Positions 1-14,050 of a stretch of 64,000 nt of DNA are shown piece by piece; positions within the stretch are counted from its first letter, which is position 1, and each line of letters begins with the position of its first letter. The notes under the pieces are model-generated. The model was not told the origin of the DNA, ran no database searches, and was given only the letters and a program-made list of their open reading frames with translations. Both the position numbers and the translations under genes were made by a program. Where the stretch lies: the NCBI GenBank assembly GCA_951406725.2, contig OX597831.1, positions 39,122,001 to 39,186,000 on the forward strand, given 5' to 3'. The stretch is from Octopus vulgaris (taxonomy: Eukaryota).

Positions 1-56
1 AAATCCTGCCTGTGTTTGTCATTCGACATGTATACATTTAGATATATATATGGTTG

Positions 57-145
<89 letters not shown>

Positions 146-146
146 G

Positions 147-190
<44 letters not shown>

Positions 191-193
<3 letters not shown>

Positions 194-397
194 TAGTTTT
201 ATTTTTATATCGTGCTTTCACTTCACTACCGAGCGCAGCTCTGTGTGCCTTGGGTATGTGCTGTGATTTGTTGTGATGCTCTGATGGTTATTGTATGGAA
301 AGTGTTCTGCGTAGGATGTGTGCAGTGCCTAGTAGTGCAATTTTAGGTATGTTTGTAAGTCCTGGTGTTTTTGTTAAGTATTTGTCTGAATATTTTT
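191..397 (-). mobile_element. 3' end of R4/Dong-type (RLE) non-LTR retrotransposon in (TAA)n
   Basis: Minus strand 389-288 reads SDKYLTKTPGLTNIPKIALLGTAHILRRTLSIQ*, the typical C-terminal 'QKxALLGTAxILRxxL' motif of R4/Dong ORFs. A ~100-nt 3' UTR runs into (TAA)n, and TAA repeats flank both sides. Confidence 0.8.
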
Positions 398-435
398 TTT
401 TATATTATTTTTTTATTATTATTATTTTATTATTA

Positions 436-550
<115 letters not shown>

Positions 551-554
551 TGTT

Positions 555-1180
555 GAGTGAGAGAGCAGTGCATGCCATCAAAGTGACACTGGAGTAAAAT
601 ATACGAAGCCCAGTATACCCATCATGAATACCCGTCTGATAAGAGTACACCATGTACATGCATCACAACCATATATGCGTGACATGATTTCATATCAAGA
701 TAAACAGCACATGACCTTGCAGGTGGACCCCAATTAGAATTTTTTTCTGGTCGAATAGCCCCACCCGCTCAAAAGGATTGTTTAAGGATGCTGAATGTAC
801 CACCCATGTTTCCAAAGGTGAATTATCCAAACCTCAAAGAATCCCTCTCAACACATGGCTATGATGCTCCCCCACTACTTCTGCTCCTGATCAGAGATGC
901 ACATATCGTCAGCCACTAAGGGACAAGCTCAACTGGTTAAGGTTAAACAAATGACAAGCAAATCTTTGGTATTGAGCAGAATATTTGCTGTAGTACATTT
1001 TTTATACCAAGACAAAACAATGTACACGATAACACTTCCAATCAGTTAAGATCAGAAACCATGAGAGCCACTGTCTGGTACTGCATCAAGGCATAGAAAC
1101 TGCCTGGTACTGCATCAGGGCATAGAAACTGCCTAGTACTGCATCAGGGCATAGCCACTGCCTGGTACTGCATCAGGGCA
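555..1180. mobile_element. ~560-bp non-coding interspersed element (family D), copy 1, in (TTA)n
   Basis: Collinear with 31600-32153 and, inverted, with 62240-62778. Same end points in all copies. Ends in four 29-bp tandem copies of ACTGCCTGGTACTGCATCAGGGCA (1070-1180). Confidence 0.8.
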
Positions 1181-1197
1181 CTTATTATTATTATTAA

Positions 1198-1264
<67 letters not shown>

Positions 1265-1276
1265 GTTATTATTATT

Positions 1277-1405
1277 CAGTAGTTTTATTTTTATAGCGTG
1301 CTTTCACTTCACTACCGAGCGCAGCTCTGTGTGCCTTGGGTATGTGCTGCGATTTGTTGTGATGCTCTGATGGTTATTGTATGGAAAGCGTTTACTATTA
1401 TTATT

Positions 1406-1437
<32 letters not shown>

Positions 1438-1475
1438 CGTCGTCGTCGTCGTCATCATCATCATCATTATTATTA

Positions 1476-1531
<56 letters not shown>

Positions 1532-1553
1532 GTTATTATTATTATTATTATTA

Positions 1554-1624
<71 letters not shown>

Positions 1625-1646
1625 GTTATTATTATTATTATTATTA

Positions 1647-1683
<37 letters not shown>

Positions 1684-1721
1684 CATTATTATTATTATTA
1701 TTGTTATTATTATTATTATTA

Positions 1722-1773
<52 letters not shown>

Positions 1774-1981
1774 GTTATTATTATTCAGTAGTTTTATTTT
1801 TATAGCGTGCTTTCACTTCACTACCGAGCGCAGCTCTGTGTGCCTTGGGTATGTGCTGCGATTTGTTGTGATGCTCTGATGGTTATTGTATGGAAAGCGT
1901 TTACTATTATTATTATTGTTGTTGTTGTTGTTGTTGTCGTCGTCGTCGTCGTCGTCGTCATCATCATCATCATTATTATTA

Positions 1982-2016
<35 letters not shown>

Positions 2017-2017
2017 G

Positions 2018-2091
<74 letters not shown>

Positions 2092-2119
2092 GTTATTATT
2101 TTTATTATTATTATTATTA

Positions 2120-2150
<31 letters not shown>

Positions 2151-2188
2151 CATTATTATTATTATTATTGTTATTATTATTATTATTA

Positions 2189-2237
<49 letters not shown>

Positions 2238-2280
2238 GTTATTATTATTATTATTATCATTATTATCATTATTATTATTT
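1277..2280 (-). repeat. Tandem duplication (509-bp period) of a Dong-type 3' UTR stub plus compound microsatellite
   Basis: 1277-1392 and 1786-1901 are identical to each other and match 191-305. Each is followed by the same TTA/TTG/TCG/TCA/TTA succession. Confidence 0.85.
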
Positions 2281-2559
2281 GCCGAGAAAATCTCGATGTG
2301 AAATGAAAGCAGTATTCACGGTAACAAGTAGTGTTTAACGCCACCTCACTGCTATTGTTCCCTAAGAATCGACTATACTGCCATTTTAACTCCCGGGGGA
2401 CACCTACTCTAGCTTGTTATGATTCTTATACAAGGATGTTGTTCTCAGAAACTTTGAAGTTTCGGGGCGGCTAAACCATTATTGGGGAAAATATATATAT
2501 GTATGCATGTGTGTGTATGTGTGTGTGTGTCTGTGTGTGTGTGTGTGTCTGTGTGTGGA

Positions 2560-2775
2560 CGAGGGGCTGCTGAAAACTTCCTTGCTTTGTGTAAAAGAAT
2601 ATGCAGGAGGATCAGTCAATTATGATTCTATTCAACAAATTCCCCTCTCAGATTGACACACTCATTGCAGTGGGCCTTCAGTTTTACTGAACCCTGTAAA
2701 ATAACTCAGAATTTTGAGCCTCCAACCAGGCCTTTCGCAATACCCTTAAACTCCAAAACTTTTCAGCACTTCCTC
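2560..2775 (-). mobile_element. Degenerate mariner-derived MITE
   Basis: Imperfect TIRs CGAGGGGCTGCTGAAAAC... / ...ACTTTTCAGCACTTCCTC. The minus strand retains [17 protein letters not shown], resembling a mariner transposase C-terminus. Confidence 0.6.
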
Positions 2776-2781
2776 TCTCTC

Positions 2782-2814
<33 letters not shown>

Positions 2815-2815
2815 A

Positions 2816-2872
<57 letters not shown>

Positions 2873-2898
2873 TGTGTGTGTGTATATATATATATTTG

Positions 2899-2930
<32 letters not shown>

Positions 2931-3950
2931 CATATATGCATATCTATCTATATCTCTCTCTCTCTATATATATATATATAGGTGCAGGTATGGCTGTTTG
3001 ATTAACATGTTGATTTCTTGGTTTCATGGTTAACTCCTCAGTGCAGCACATTCAAAAAGTGTCTTATAGAATAGCCCCCAGCGGCCCGATGTCTTGGAAA
3101 AGAATTTCATAAGCGAAAACTGTTTTGAAGCATGTCTTATAAATATATATGACTGAGTTAGTGCTTGCATCTTCGACTGCAATCGTTTGACACTTAGTTC
3201 AGTAAAACGATCCTGGGAGATTATTCGAGCTGAAAGTAAACAGCAGTATCCATTTCTGCAGCCAAATAGGTCAAAGCGTTTCCTGAAAGTGAGCTTCAAG
3301 CAATTCGTAGAAAATATAGAAAAACAACTTTCAGGAACAAATGTTGACTACTGGAGCGGAAACTTGTGTATTTTTCCGTACCGAAGTACGATGAGCTGAA
3401 AAGTATCAACTAAAATTACGCTCTTGTGTCTTTCTCCGTGACAACATATGAATGAGACAGAAAGGAGTGATAGATGAATAAGGAAGGGGTGGTGGCAAAC
3501 TCGGAAGTGGGATGATGGAAGTTCTACAGTGAAAAAAAAAAAGAACAGCGTTTCAACTCGGTGTGTGTATATGTAAAATGGGAGTCATGTGTGTGTGTGT
3601 GTGTGTGTGTGCAATAGAACTGGGGTGGTGAACAGTCAACGCTGAAAAGAAAAATCAAACAGAAAGGAAATCAAACAGCGTTTCAACTCTGTGTGAGTAT
3701 ATGTGTGTATGTGTGTGCGTGTACAAAGGTAATATATGATTGCTTGTATGTGTGAGCCAGCGTTCTTCCAGTAACAAACGACGATCGACGTCACATCTCA
3801 AAAGACAACCACTAGATAAGATTGACAAGTGTATTAATTTAATTTCCCATCCATATTTATATGTAGAATACTAACATTAGCTATAAATTTTTACGGCACG
3901 GGACCAGCTACTTATATTATATTTCACGGTTGACAGCCTGGGTTGCCAAG

Positions 3951-4018
3951 TATGTAAATAAAAATCCAAGAGTTAAAGAATGGAGTACTCCATTCCTTAA
4001 GTCTCGGATCTTTACATA
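3951..4018. repeat. Imperfect palindrome centred on GGAGTACTCC
   Basis: ATCCAAGAGTTAAAGAATGGAGT/ACTCCATTCCTTAAGTCTCGGAT pair with 3 mismatches; outer TATGTAAA/TTTACATA also pair. Confidence 0.7.
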
Positions 4019-4021
4019 TAC

Positions 4022-4413
4022 TCTTTACTCTTTACTCTTTTACTTGTTTCAGTCACTTGACTGCGGCCATGCTGGAGCACCGCCTTTAGTCGAGCAAATC
4101 GACCCCGGGACTTATTCTATCGGTCTCTTCCGCCGAACCGCTAAGTGACGGGGACGTAAATACACCAGCATCAGTTGTCAAGCAATGCTAGAGGGACAAA
4201 CACAGACACACAAACACATATACACACACATATATATATATACATATATACGACAGGCTTCTTTCAGTCTCCGTCTACCAAATCCACTCACAAGGCATTG
4301 GTCGGCCCGGGGCTATAGCAGAAGACACTTGCCCAAGGTGCCACGCAGTGGGACTGAACCCGGAGCCATGTGGTTGGTTAGCAAGCTACTTACCACACAG
4401 CCACTCCTGCGCC
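4022..4413 (-). mobile_element. tRNA-derived SINE family A, full length
   Basis: Head GGCGCAGGAGTGGCTGTGTGGTAAG (A box) ... GGTTCAGTCCC (B box), internal TA/TG microsatellite, (GAGTAAAA)n-like tail. Many homologues in this window. Confidence 0.85.
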
Positions 4414-4486
4414 TATATATATATCCTTTTATTCTTTTATATATGTTTCAGTCCAATGACTGTGGCCATGCTGGAGCACCGCCATT

Positions 4487-4998
4487 GTGATGATCTTTCC
4501 ACTTTCCACCTTTGTCCGAGCGGCTTTTGGTGAAGGATGGAGTTCGATGCTACTGCCCTCTTTTGAGTTTCTTGCTTAGATATTGGCTCATCCGGGATCT
4601 CGGCGAGCCAGAGGTCAAGTTCACGTTTGAAAATGTCTGCATCCACTCCATTGACGCTCCTTAGATGCCTCGGTAGACATTTGAACAGCTGTGGGCCCTT
4701 GAAACCCAAGCTATTGCAGAATATCGTCCTTCCCCGAGATGAAGCAATCGGCATAGTGGTGACAGCGCAGGGACGTCCTGTTCGTAGTCTGGTATAGCCC
4801 TTTATTCCAAAGTTTGGTGCCAGTCCTTCCAGTATATTCCATATATATATATATATCATTGCATAACTCTCCCGCCTTCGTTCCAGGGCATAGAGTCGTA
4901 GCTCTGTCAATCTGTCCCAGTAATTCAGTCGTTCCATTGATGCAATTTTCTTTGTGCAATGTCGTTGGACTGCCTCAAGCTCTGCTATCGTCCTTGTA

Positions 4999-5000
<2 letters not shown>
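4487..5000 (-). pseudogene. CR1/L2-type LINE ORF2 C-terminal fragment
   Basis: ELEAVQRHCTKKIASMERLNYWDRLTELRLYALERRRESY...GPQLFKCLPRHLR...FKRELDLWLAEIPDEP is the characteristic post-RT region of CR1/L2-group LINEs. It lies between the tail (4425-4483) and head (5100-5260) of a SINE A copy. Confidence 0.85.
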
Positions 5001-5094
<94 letters not shown>

Positions 5095-5617
5095 CAGTAC
5101 AACAGACTTCACTTTCTGTCTACCAATTCCACTGACAAGGCTTTGGTAGGCCCGAGGGTATAATAGAAGAGATTTGCTCTAGGTGCCACGCAGTGGGATT
5201 GAAACAGAAACCATATAGCTGGGAAGCAAACTTCTTATCACACAGCTACACGAGTGCCTATAAGAAATTACTTTGCATGCCTGCATAAATATGCATGCTA
5301 CATTTCCCGCAGTACTTCATGTTTAAACCAATGTTTAACTATGGTGATCTGAACAGCTAGCCTTCTATATCTGCATCGATTTGTAAATCAATCTGATCAT
5401 GGCTTAGCTCAAAACATTGAACTCACTGTCAACAGCATTCCTGTATAAGAATAATGAATTTGTAGTCTACAAACTTATAGAATAACCAATTAGAGTAATG
5501 TAAAATTGTTTTTATTATAGCCGAATATGAAAAAACATTACTATGTATGTATGTGTGTATGTATGTATATGTTTATAGGCGTAGGAGTGGCTGTGTGGTA
5601 TGTATGTTTATGTACGT

Positions 5618-5808
5618 AGGCGCAGGAGTGGCTGTGCAGTAAGTAGCTTGCTTACGAACCACATGGTTCCGGGTTCAGTGACACTGCGTGGCACCATGGC
5701 CAATTGTAATCCACTATACCCTCGGGCTGACCAAAGCCTTGTGAGTGGATTTGGTAGACGGAAACTAAAAGAAGCCCATCGTATAAATATATATATATAT
5801 ATATGTAT

Positions 5809-5888
<80 letters not shown>

Positions 5889-6104
5889 GTGTGTGTATGT
5901 GTGTGTGTGTGTATTTGTGTGTCTGTGTTTGTACTCCCAACATGGTTTCACAACCGATGCTTGTGTGTGTACATCCCCGTAAAAGAGATATAATAATTAC
6001 TAGGCTTACAAAGAACAAGTCCTGCGGTCCATTTACTCGACTAAAGGTGGTGCTCCAGCATAGCCACAGTCACATGACTGAAACAAGTAAAAGAGTAAAA
6101 GAGT
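5618..6104 (+). mobile_element. SINE family A
   Basis: Full head, expanded internal (TA)n/(TG)n, tail ...GAAACAAGTAAAAGAGTAAAAGAG. Confidence 0.85.
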
Positions 6105-7690
6105 AATATGTATGCATGTATATATGCATGTATATTTATATGATGTTGTGTGCGCGTGTGAGTGTGTGTAAAACACGAGTAATAAAAACCTTTATATTGC
6201 ACTGCAGTGCTTTTAACAACAAAACTAGCGTTGCTGCCATCGCTGTTAATTCTTCCATTTCTGTCTGCGAGGTCAAAATCCTATCGGTCAGGCATATATA
6301 TATTTTTTATTTGATATTCTTTCCTAATACTCTCTGAAAGTATGTTTGCTTTGCTTTTGTTGTTGTTTTGTTTCTTTTTTTTTTACATATATTTGTTTAC
6401 CAGTTCAATTCCAAAGATTACATGTCTTTTATTCTTTTATCTTTGAATTAATCCAGTTCTTGGACTGCGACCATGCTACAGCACCGCCTTGAAGACTTGA
6501 AGACGAACAAATTCACTCAAGTATTTATACAATCTTTTTAAAAATCAAGAATTTATTCTTTCGGGGTTCTTTTTTTTTTGCCAAATCGCTATGTTACGGC
6601 GGCGTAAACAAACCAACATTGGCTATCAAGCAGTGGGAGAGGATGACAGACACAAACACAAAGCCATATCCACGTGCATATATACATACACATACATATA
6701 TGTAGATATGTGTATACACACCTACATATATAAGCATGTGTGTATATATATACATACATATAAATACTATATATATACATATATATATACATATATACAT
6801 ATATACATATATACATACATATATACATGTATACATATATACATATATATATATATACACAAATATATATATATATATATGTGTGTGTATATACGTACTA
6901 AATACAAGTATACATACATGCATGCATGCACACATACATACTTATATACATGCATACATACATATTTACATACAAACATACATACATACATACATACATA
7001 CATACATACATACATACATACATACATACATACATGTATATGGCAGGCTTTCGCACTGATCCCGTTCCCAAATTCATTCACACTTATAAATATGTACCTC
7101 ACTTTACAACCATGTAATTTGTGGTTTACCCCGCTGTTTTGCACTTAAGCAAGTATGTTAAATGCGGGACATTCTCACGTTTATGTTTAGTTCTATAGAT
7201 TTTATATAGAATTAAGAGCCAGCACTGCAAGTAACACTGTTTTGTATACGAATACATCCATGTAGACAATGTGATCAAAGATAGAGAAAAAAGTAATAGT
7301 TGTACATACATATTTCAAGAGTCATTGCTTTTTCATCAGAACCAGAACCAAACCGCCACCCATTTGTGAACGCATTGCTGAAATACCCACTAAGGTTTGT
7401 TTTAATATACTTGGATGTATATTATGGTTACAAAACGAAATGCTGAGTCCTTGATAGCAATTAATACGTACGTAGACGTGGGCAAGAATGTGGCCATGGT
7501 GGGGCACAACCTTTAGTCGAGCAAATCGACTCCAGGACTATATATATATATGTATATAAGTTCAGCAAAATTTAGACTCAAATGAATATGGTACTTAAGT
7601 TAGATGCACCAGAATTTTGTATGGTGTTATCCATATAAATCCACGGGGTGATTATAATCAAAATAAACAGCAACTATATCTTCGGTGATT

Positions 7691-7774
7691 TGGTACGATC
7701 GTTTCACGCTACATCATTTTATTAAACATTGTAAGTATTACAGCAGTTTTAAAATGTTGAGCAATCATCAGCCA
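7691..7774 (-). ncRNA. Type I hammerhead ribozyme (minimal, Penelope-type)
   Basis: Minus strand: UGG-CUGAUGA-u-UGCU...(long AT-rich stem II)...AGCG-u-GAAA-CGAUCG-UA-CCA. Palindromic helix III, GUA triplet, only 3 bp of helix I. Sits in a (TA)n-flanked insert at ~7560-8125. Confidence 0.65.
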
Positions 7775-8124
7775 TTTATAGAGGTTTTCCATTGATACAT
7801 ATAGATATTTTCACATTAATTTATAACATTATAAAGAGGGTAGATATATAGACAGAGATGTTGATTTGAATTTTGAGAACATTAAGGTTATATAATTTAT
7901 CTTCTGACTGAAGAATATTCTTTAAGTTATTTTGAACTGCTAGAAGGTAGGGAAGGATATTCAGTTGAATGGAGACAAAAGAGATTTTCTATTTATAGAA
8001 GTAGGTAGGGCTGAAATAAATGTCAGAAGTTATTCCTAAAGAAATTAAAGTAGAAATGGGATTCTACTTTAGCCTTAGATGCTGTTTGTTGCTATTTTGC
8101 AAACGGATTTTGTATCAAGAAAAC

Positions 8125-8164
<40 letters not shown>

Positions 8165-8302
8165 CGGAAATGTACTCGCATAGCAAGTAATTTGATCTGA
8201 GATCGTGTGCTGAAACGAAAACAATTGCAACGTGGAAGGTGTTTATAAGCCATTTAAGAAACACACAAAAGCCGTTCGATTCACTTCAACATTTAAGTTT
8301 AA

Positions 8303-8352
8303 TTTGTCAAAATATTTTCGTCGCTAAAATCCGCGACCTGTTCACTGACAAA
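8303..8352 (-). ncRNA. Hammerhead variant with G3-C8 core (mirror copy)
   Basis: Exact reverse complement of 8375-8424. Confidence 0.6.
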
Positions 8353-8374
8353 AAAGTCAGATGCAGCACGGATT

Positions 8375-8424
8375 TTTGTCAGTGAACAGGTCGCGGATTT
8401 TAGCGACGAAAATATTTTGACAAA
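8375..8424 (+). ncRNA. Hammerhead variant with G3-C8 core
   Basis: UUUGUCA-GUGAACA-g-GUCGC-ggauuuua-GCGAC-GAAA-AUAU-UU-UGACAAA: 7-bp helix I, 5-bp helix II, palindromic helix III. Core is GUGAACA in place of CUGANGA. Confidence 0.6.
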
Positions 8425-8507
8425 TTAAACTTAAATGTTGAAGTGAATCGAACGGCTTTTCTTAAATGTTTCTTAAATGGCTTATAAACACCTTCCACGT
8501 TGCAATT

Positions 8508-8565
<58 letters not shown>

Positions 8566-8664
8566 AGAGAGAGGGGGAAGAGACAGACAGACAGATAGAT
8601 AGAGTGATTGATAGGTAAATACATATATACATGCACACACATACGCGCACATATAAATACACAC

Positions 8665-8713
<49 letters not shown>

Positions 8714-9534
8714 CGTGTGCATAGGTATTATGCGCGTGTTCGTGTGTGTGTCCATGCATGAGTGTGTGTCAATGTTTGTATGTGTGTTTGTGTGTGTGTG
8801 TGGCTGTGTGTATGTTTGTGTATGTGTGTGTATGTGTGTGTGTGTGCGTGTGTGTGTGTGTGTCTTTTTGTTTCTTTTGGGCCCTGCCACACCGCTTCAC
8901 AAACGATGTTGTTCGACGTTTCGGCAAATGACACAGACAGAATTAGCGCCAGACTTAACAACAACAACAAAAAAAACCAAAAAAATGATGTACAAGGTTT
9001 TATTTGGTCGATAAAACGTTGAAAGGTGATGATGCCCCAGTATAGGCGTAATCCAGGTGACTGAAATAAGTAAAAAATAACAAAAAACGAAATACAAAAA
9101 TAAAATAAAAAACACAATATCGATGTCTAGATTTTAGCAATATTTACCAGGAATAAGAAAGATATGAAGGAAGGAAGAGAAACAAAATTCGACAGACATA
9201 ACAACAGACCGTTCACAGAAAATAATTGGTTATTTAGATAAAGAAAAAATGGGACAGAGAAGTTATATGAGTGTGGCTACGTGTGTGTGTTTGTGGGTGG
9301 GTAAGGAGAGAGTAGATGACTTTTAGTAGGGTATGGATTACATTAAATGGAAGTTAGTTTTTCTTGCTAATTGAAATGTTGTTTTGCTTTATTTACAATA
9401 ATACTGCGGTAATGTTAAAGTCAATTTAGGAAATTATAGCGACATGTTTTGCCAAATATTTCCGATGCTTTATTTTTTTAAAACTTTCGCGAACTGTTTA
9501 CCTCCTTTTCGTACGTATGTATATGTGTTTCTAA

Positions 9535-9652
<118 letters not shown>

Positions 9653-10014
9653 GTATATATGTGTTGTAAGTATATATATATACGTGTACATAGGTATTAT
9701 GCGCGTGTTCTTCGTGTGTGTGTGTGTGTGTATGTGTTGCCTGGGAGATCTTCTTATGGTAGAGAAATTAAAGTGGAAAGGGGATTCTACTTTAGCCTTA
9801 GATGCTATTACCTTAATGTGTGTAGTGGCTACAATAATAATAAAGGGTAAAATTAATTAATTAATTAATAATTAATAATTTTACCAAGTAGTTCGGCGTG
9901 TTAAAAGAACCATTATCGGTAAACTTATACAAACATTTTTTATAAATATGAGTATAATTACAATTAGGGTTCAGCAGTATTATTGTAAATAAAGCAAAAC
10001 AAAATTTGCATCAT

Positions 10015-10066
<52 letters not shown>

Positions 10067-10200
10067 GCGACGAAATAAATTTACATTTATATAAATAAGG
10101 ATAAGATCGTTAATTTAAAATAAAATAATAATTTTATCAAGTGGTCAGCATGGAAAAAATCACTTTCAAAGGTAATAATTATTAAAATTATACCCTAATT

Positions 10201-10235
<35 letters not shown>

Positions 10236-10283
10236 CACTTTCTCTCTTTCTCTGAATGATTAAGCTCTCATGTCGTCTCTAAC

Positions 10284-10332
<49 letters not shown>

Positions 10333-11347
10333 ATCTCCCCTATATCTCTTTCTCTCTAGGATCTCTTCCGTCTCAATTCTCACATCACTTTCTGTATCTT
10401 TCATAAACTCTGAATGCTCCTTTCACCCTTTTCTTTCCCATCGCCATCTTTTTACTTCGTTTTACTTCGTTTTCGCTTCCCGTGGACACCGCATTACTTT
10501 ATTTCTTTTTCCGAGATTTTCCGAGATTTTTGCCCGAAATTTTATACATTTTTACCCCCACACAACAACTAAACTCCCGAGTTCCCAAGTTTTACCAAAT
10601 GTCTTTACTTTGCTGATGTCTTCAGTACTTCTGTTCCACACCGTAGCTAGAGTGAGTGTCGCCAGAGATAACCCTAGCGTTTCAACTCCTCCCTCAAAAT
10701 ATAATTCTACAAAAGACTTAAAAGTGTCACCCCATAAAAATGCCATACGGAAAGTAGCGCCCTCATCCGCCTCAACTGCTTTTTACTCTACAGTTACAAC
10801 GAGATTAATAATTTTAATAATTTTTACATGATACTCGTTAACTCAAGGTTTGTACCTCTCTTATCCTGAAAGCATCAAATAGTTATCCGTGTGAACGACA
10901 GTAAATTTGCGTATTAAACAGTTACACTCCTTTTTTTATATCCCTGCCGCAATTTAGCTGAACACGGTCTATAATTATATATGAAGGCATCTGTAGGTGA
11001 TTGAAATCAGAGGAGAAAATCGATCGATCAATATAACGAATGTTAAACTGTCTCGCAAGAAAATGGATTAACTAATTATCCTTTTAGACTGGGTTTACTG
11101 CTCAACATTCTAACCAATTAAAAGGGGTATTTTTGCGTGTTATTCAATAAACGTTTGTAAAAATATCAACCTACGTGTTCTATTTGTACTGTTTATATTA
11201 ATTTGTCTTTATCAGCGTTAGAATTATTATAATTATTCGTGCTGCATTCCTAAATGAGGCAATTAAAGCTGGGTCCATTATAGTTGTATTTATGACCAGA
11301 CTGATCTATTAATTTTAAGATTTCTGCAAGCATTAACGTAAATAAGC

Positions 11348-11480
<133 letters not shown>

Positions 11481-12083
11481 TGATAATAATAATAATGATA
11501 ATAATAATAATAAAACTCTATTAATAACGTCAATTTTTCACTCACATAAATTCACGTCCTATGTGATTATCTCATTTAACAGTGTTGTAATCTTTCAGCA
11601 TTTTTGGCTTCTTCAATTAATATTTCTATTTCAATCAACCTTCATTATACGTCCTCATTTCATATTTACAAAACGATGTTTTTTTCTAAAAAGTCTGTTA
11701 TTACACAGTTAATTTTGGATATTTGGTAAAGCAAAATAATTTTTAAAAAACAAAAACCAAAAAAAAAACGAGAAAAACGCAAATTAAAATTTCCAAATGA
11801 TAATATTTCTTGAATGAATTTTTTTTGGCGTCACTTTTTATTTTCCTGGGGGGAAAGAAAAGCATCGCTATTATGATGGCTGCCCAGATTGAGATACTTC
11901 GTCTTAAATATAACATATTTCCTTCTAAACCAATTTATCATCAGTTGTTTGGTCTTGTGAGTTTACCATATTTTCTACATACACACACATAGTAAAAGAA
12001 AGGGAGAGAATTTCGATTATTCCCATGCGGTGATTAGCAATACAATATATATATATGTGTGTGTGTATGAGTGTATTTATATA

Positions 12084-12131
<48 letters not shown>

Positions 12132-12159
12132 CATATATATAATATATATATAATATATA

Positions 12160-12197
<38 letters not shown>

Positions 12198-12518
12198 AAG
12201 AAAGAAAAAGCACGGTTTATATAATTTTAGTATATTTTAAAGGATAAAGTTTCGCTACTCATGACATTGCAATTATTGTGATTTCGTATTTTCTTAAAAA
12301 GATTTTAGTCCATGTCGTCGTATGAAAGTTTGTGAATGAATCAACAGTTAGAAAAATGCAATGGGAGGTAGTTGGTGATAGCTTCACGTCTTAAGAGAAT
12401 ACGAGATCACGATAATTTCAATGTCATGATTAGCGAAACGCGAACCGGTCGGCTACCACAATACCTTACTATTCAAACTATATTAAAACTACGTAAACCG
12501 TGTCCATTTTCCTTCATT

Positions 12519-12571
<53 letters not shown>

Positions 12572-12675
12572 CATATAAATATATATATACTTGCATACAT
12601 ACATACATACATACATACATACATACATACATACATACATACATACATACATACATACATACATACATACATACA

Positions 12676-12785
12676 TAAAAAAGCACCCTGTTGTTGATGT
12701 TGAAATTCCAATGAAGGAGCTTTGAACCTAGGTTAGAAACTGGCTGTTTAATGGCAAAGAATCTTGAAATTAAACTGAACAATTA
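12676..12785 (+). mobile_element. 3' UTR stub of (TACA)n-associated RLE retrotransposon
   Basis: Homologous to 15470-15570 and, inverted, to 46778-46870. (TACA)n on both sides. Confidence 0.7.
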
Positions 12786-13063
12786 CATACAAACTTACAT
12801 GCATACATGCATACATGCATACATACATACATACATACATGCATACATGCATACATACATACATACATACATACATACATACATACATACATACATACAT
12901 ACATACATACATAAATACACACATACATACATACATACAAATAGAGACAGAAAAATGGAGAGAAACAACGAATCTGAATTAACTTCCATGTTGAACTGAT
13001 AATTCAGACACGTTTGCTTTCTCTCCATTTTCCCTCTCTCTGCACCTATCTTCCCGCCTCTTT

Positions 13064-13101
13064 TCTTTCTGCAGAAGGGCTTAGGCTTGAAACGGCAAAG
13101 A
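13064..13101 (+). ncRNA. Degenerate hammerhead remnant
   Basis: UCUUU-CUGcAGA-a-GGGC-uuag-GCUU-GAAA-CG-gC-AAAGA. Helices I and II still pair, but A6 and U16.1 are mutated. Confidence 0.4.
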
Positions 13102-13143
13102 CTTCTGTTTTACCCTCGTGGATCTTATTGTACGCTATCATTT

Positions 13144-13218
<75 letters not shown>

Positions 13219-13299
13219 TAGCGGTTTCACAAAAGGAACGATAGAATGGGTACTAGGCTTACAAAAATAACTCGGGGACGATTCGCTGTAAATACATAT

Positions 13300-13735
13300 A
13301 TTCTTTTATTCTTTTATTCTCTTACTTGTTTTGGTCATTTGACTGTGGCCATGCTGAAGCATCGACTTGAAGAGTTTCGACAGAAAAATTGATCCCGTAC
13401 TAATTTTTTAATCTGATATTTATTTCGTCAGCAAGTTTGCCGAACCGCTAGGCCAGGGATATGTAAGCGAAACAACACCGGATGTCAAGCAGTGGGATCG
13501 CCAAGCAAATGTACAAAGAAACACACACACACCAACACTGATATAGGAATATATGTATATATATGTACACGACGAGCTAAAGCACATTCCACCGTCAAAT
13601 TCACTCACAAGATATTGGGCGGTTTGTATGTATTGTAGAAAACACTTATATGTGAAATATGTCCCTTTGTGGAAAAGGGCCTGAGAAAAGGAATCTAGCT
13701 AAGCACGCTTCTTAACCATATAGCCGTGCCTGCGC
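13300..13735 (-). mobile_element. Diverged SINE family A
   Basis: Recognisable tail (CTTGTTTTGGTCATTTGACTGTGGCCATGCTG) and head (CTTAACCATATAGCCGTGCCTGCGCC). Confidence 0.7.
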
Positions 13736-14009
13736 CCAGCCATATATAAAGACAGTTCTGCAATTTCTTGGTGAGCAACCTGCTTCAATGAGTTGTTTAT
13801 AGTGCTCAAATGTGCTGTACATTAGCTCACTTCATCCAGCAGATCGAGGTTATCTGAAGAGGTGCCCGGTGTACCACAGGTCAGGTGTCGAAATGATCGC
13901 AGAGCAACGTGAAATAAAGTGTTTTGCTCAACACACCACACAGCCAAGAAATCGAAACCACATTCTCGTGATATTAAATGCCACACATTAACCACTAGAC
14001 CATCCTCTT

Positions 14010-14050
<41 letters not shown>

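Larger units (their letters stand above)
8219..8511. repeat. Foldback inverted repeat (arms 8219-8354 and 8373-8511) in (TA)n
   Basis: Arms are near-identical reverse complements with an 18-nt spacer. The left copy extends ~60 nt further, to 8161. Confidence 0.95.

Noticed and set aside
1070-1180. 29-bp direct repeats resembling a CRISPR array
   Set aside because: Contiguous tandem copies without unique spacers, no cas genes, eukaryotic repeat context.
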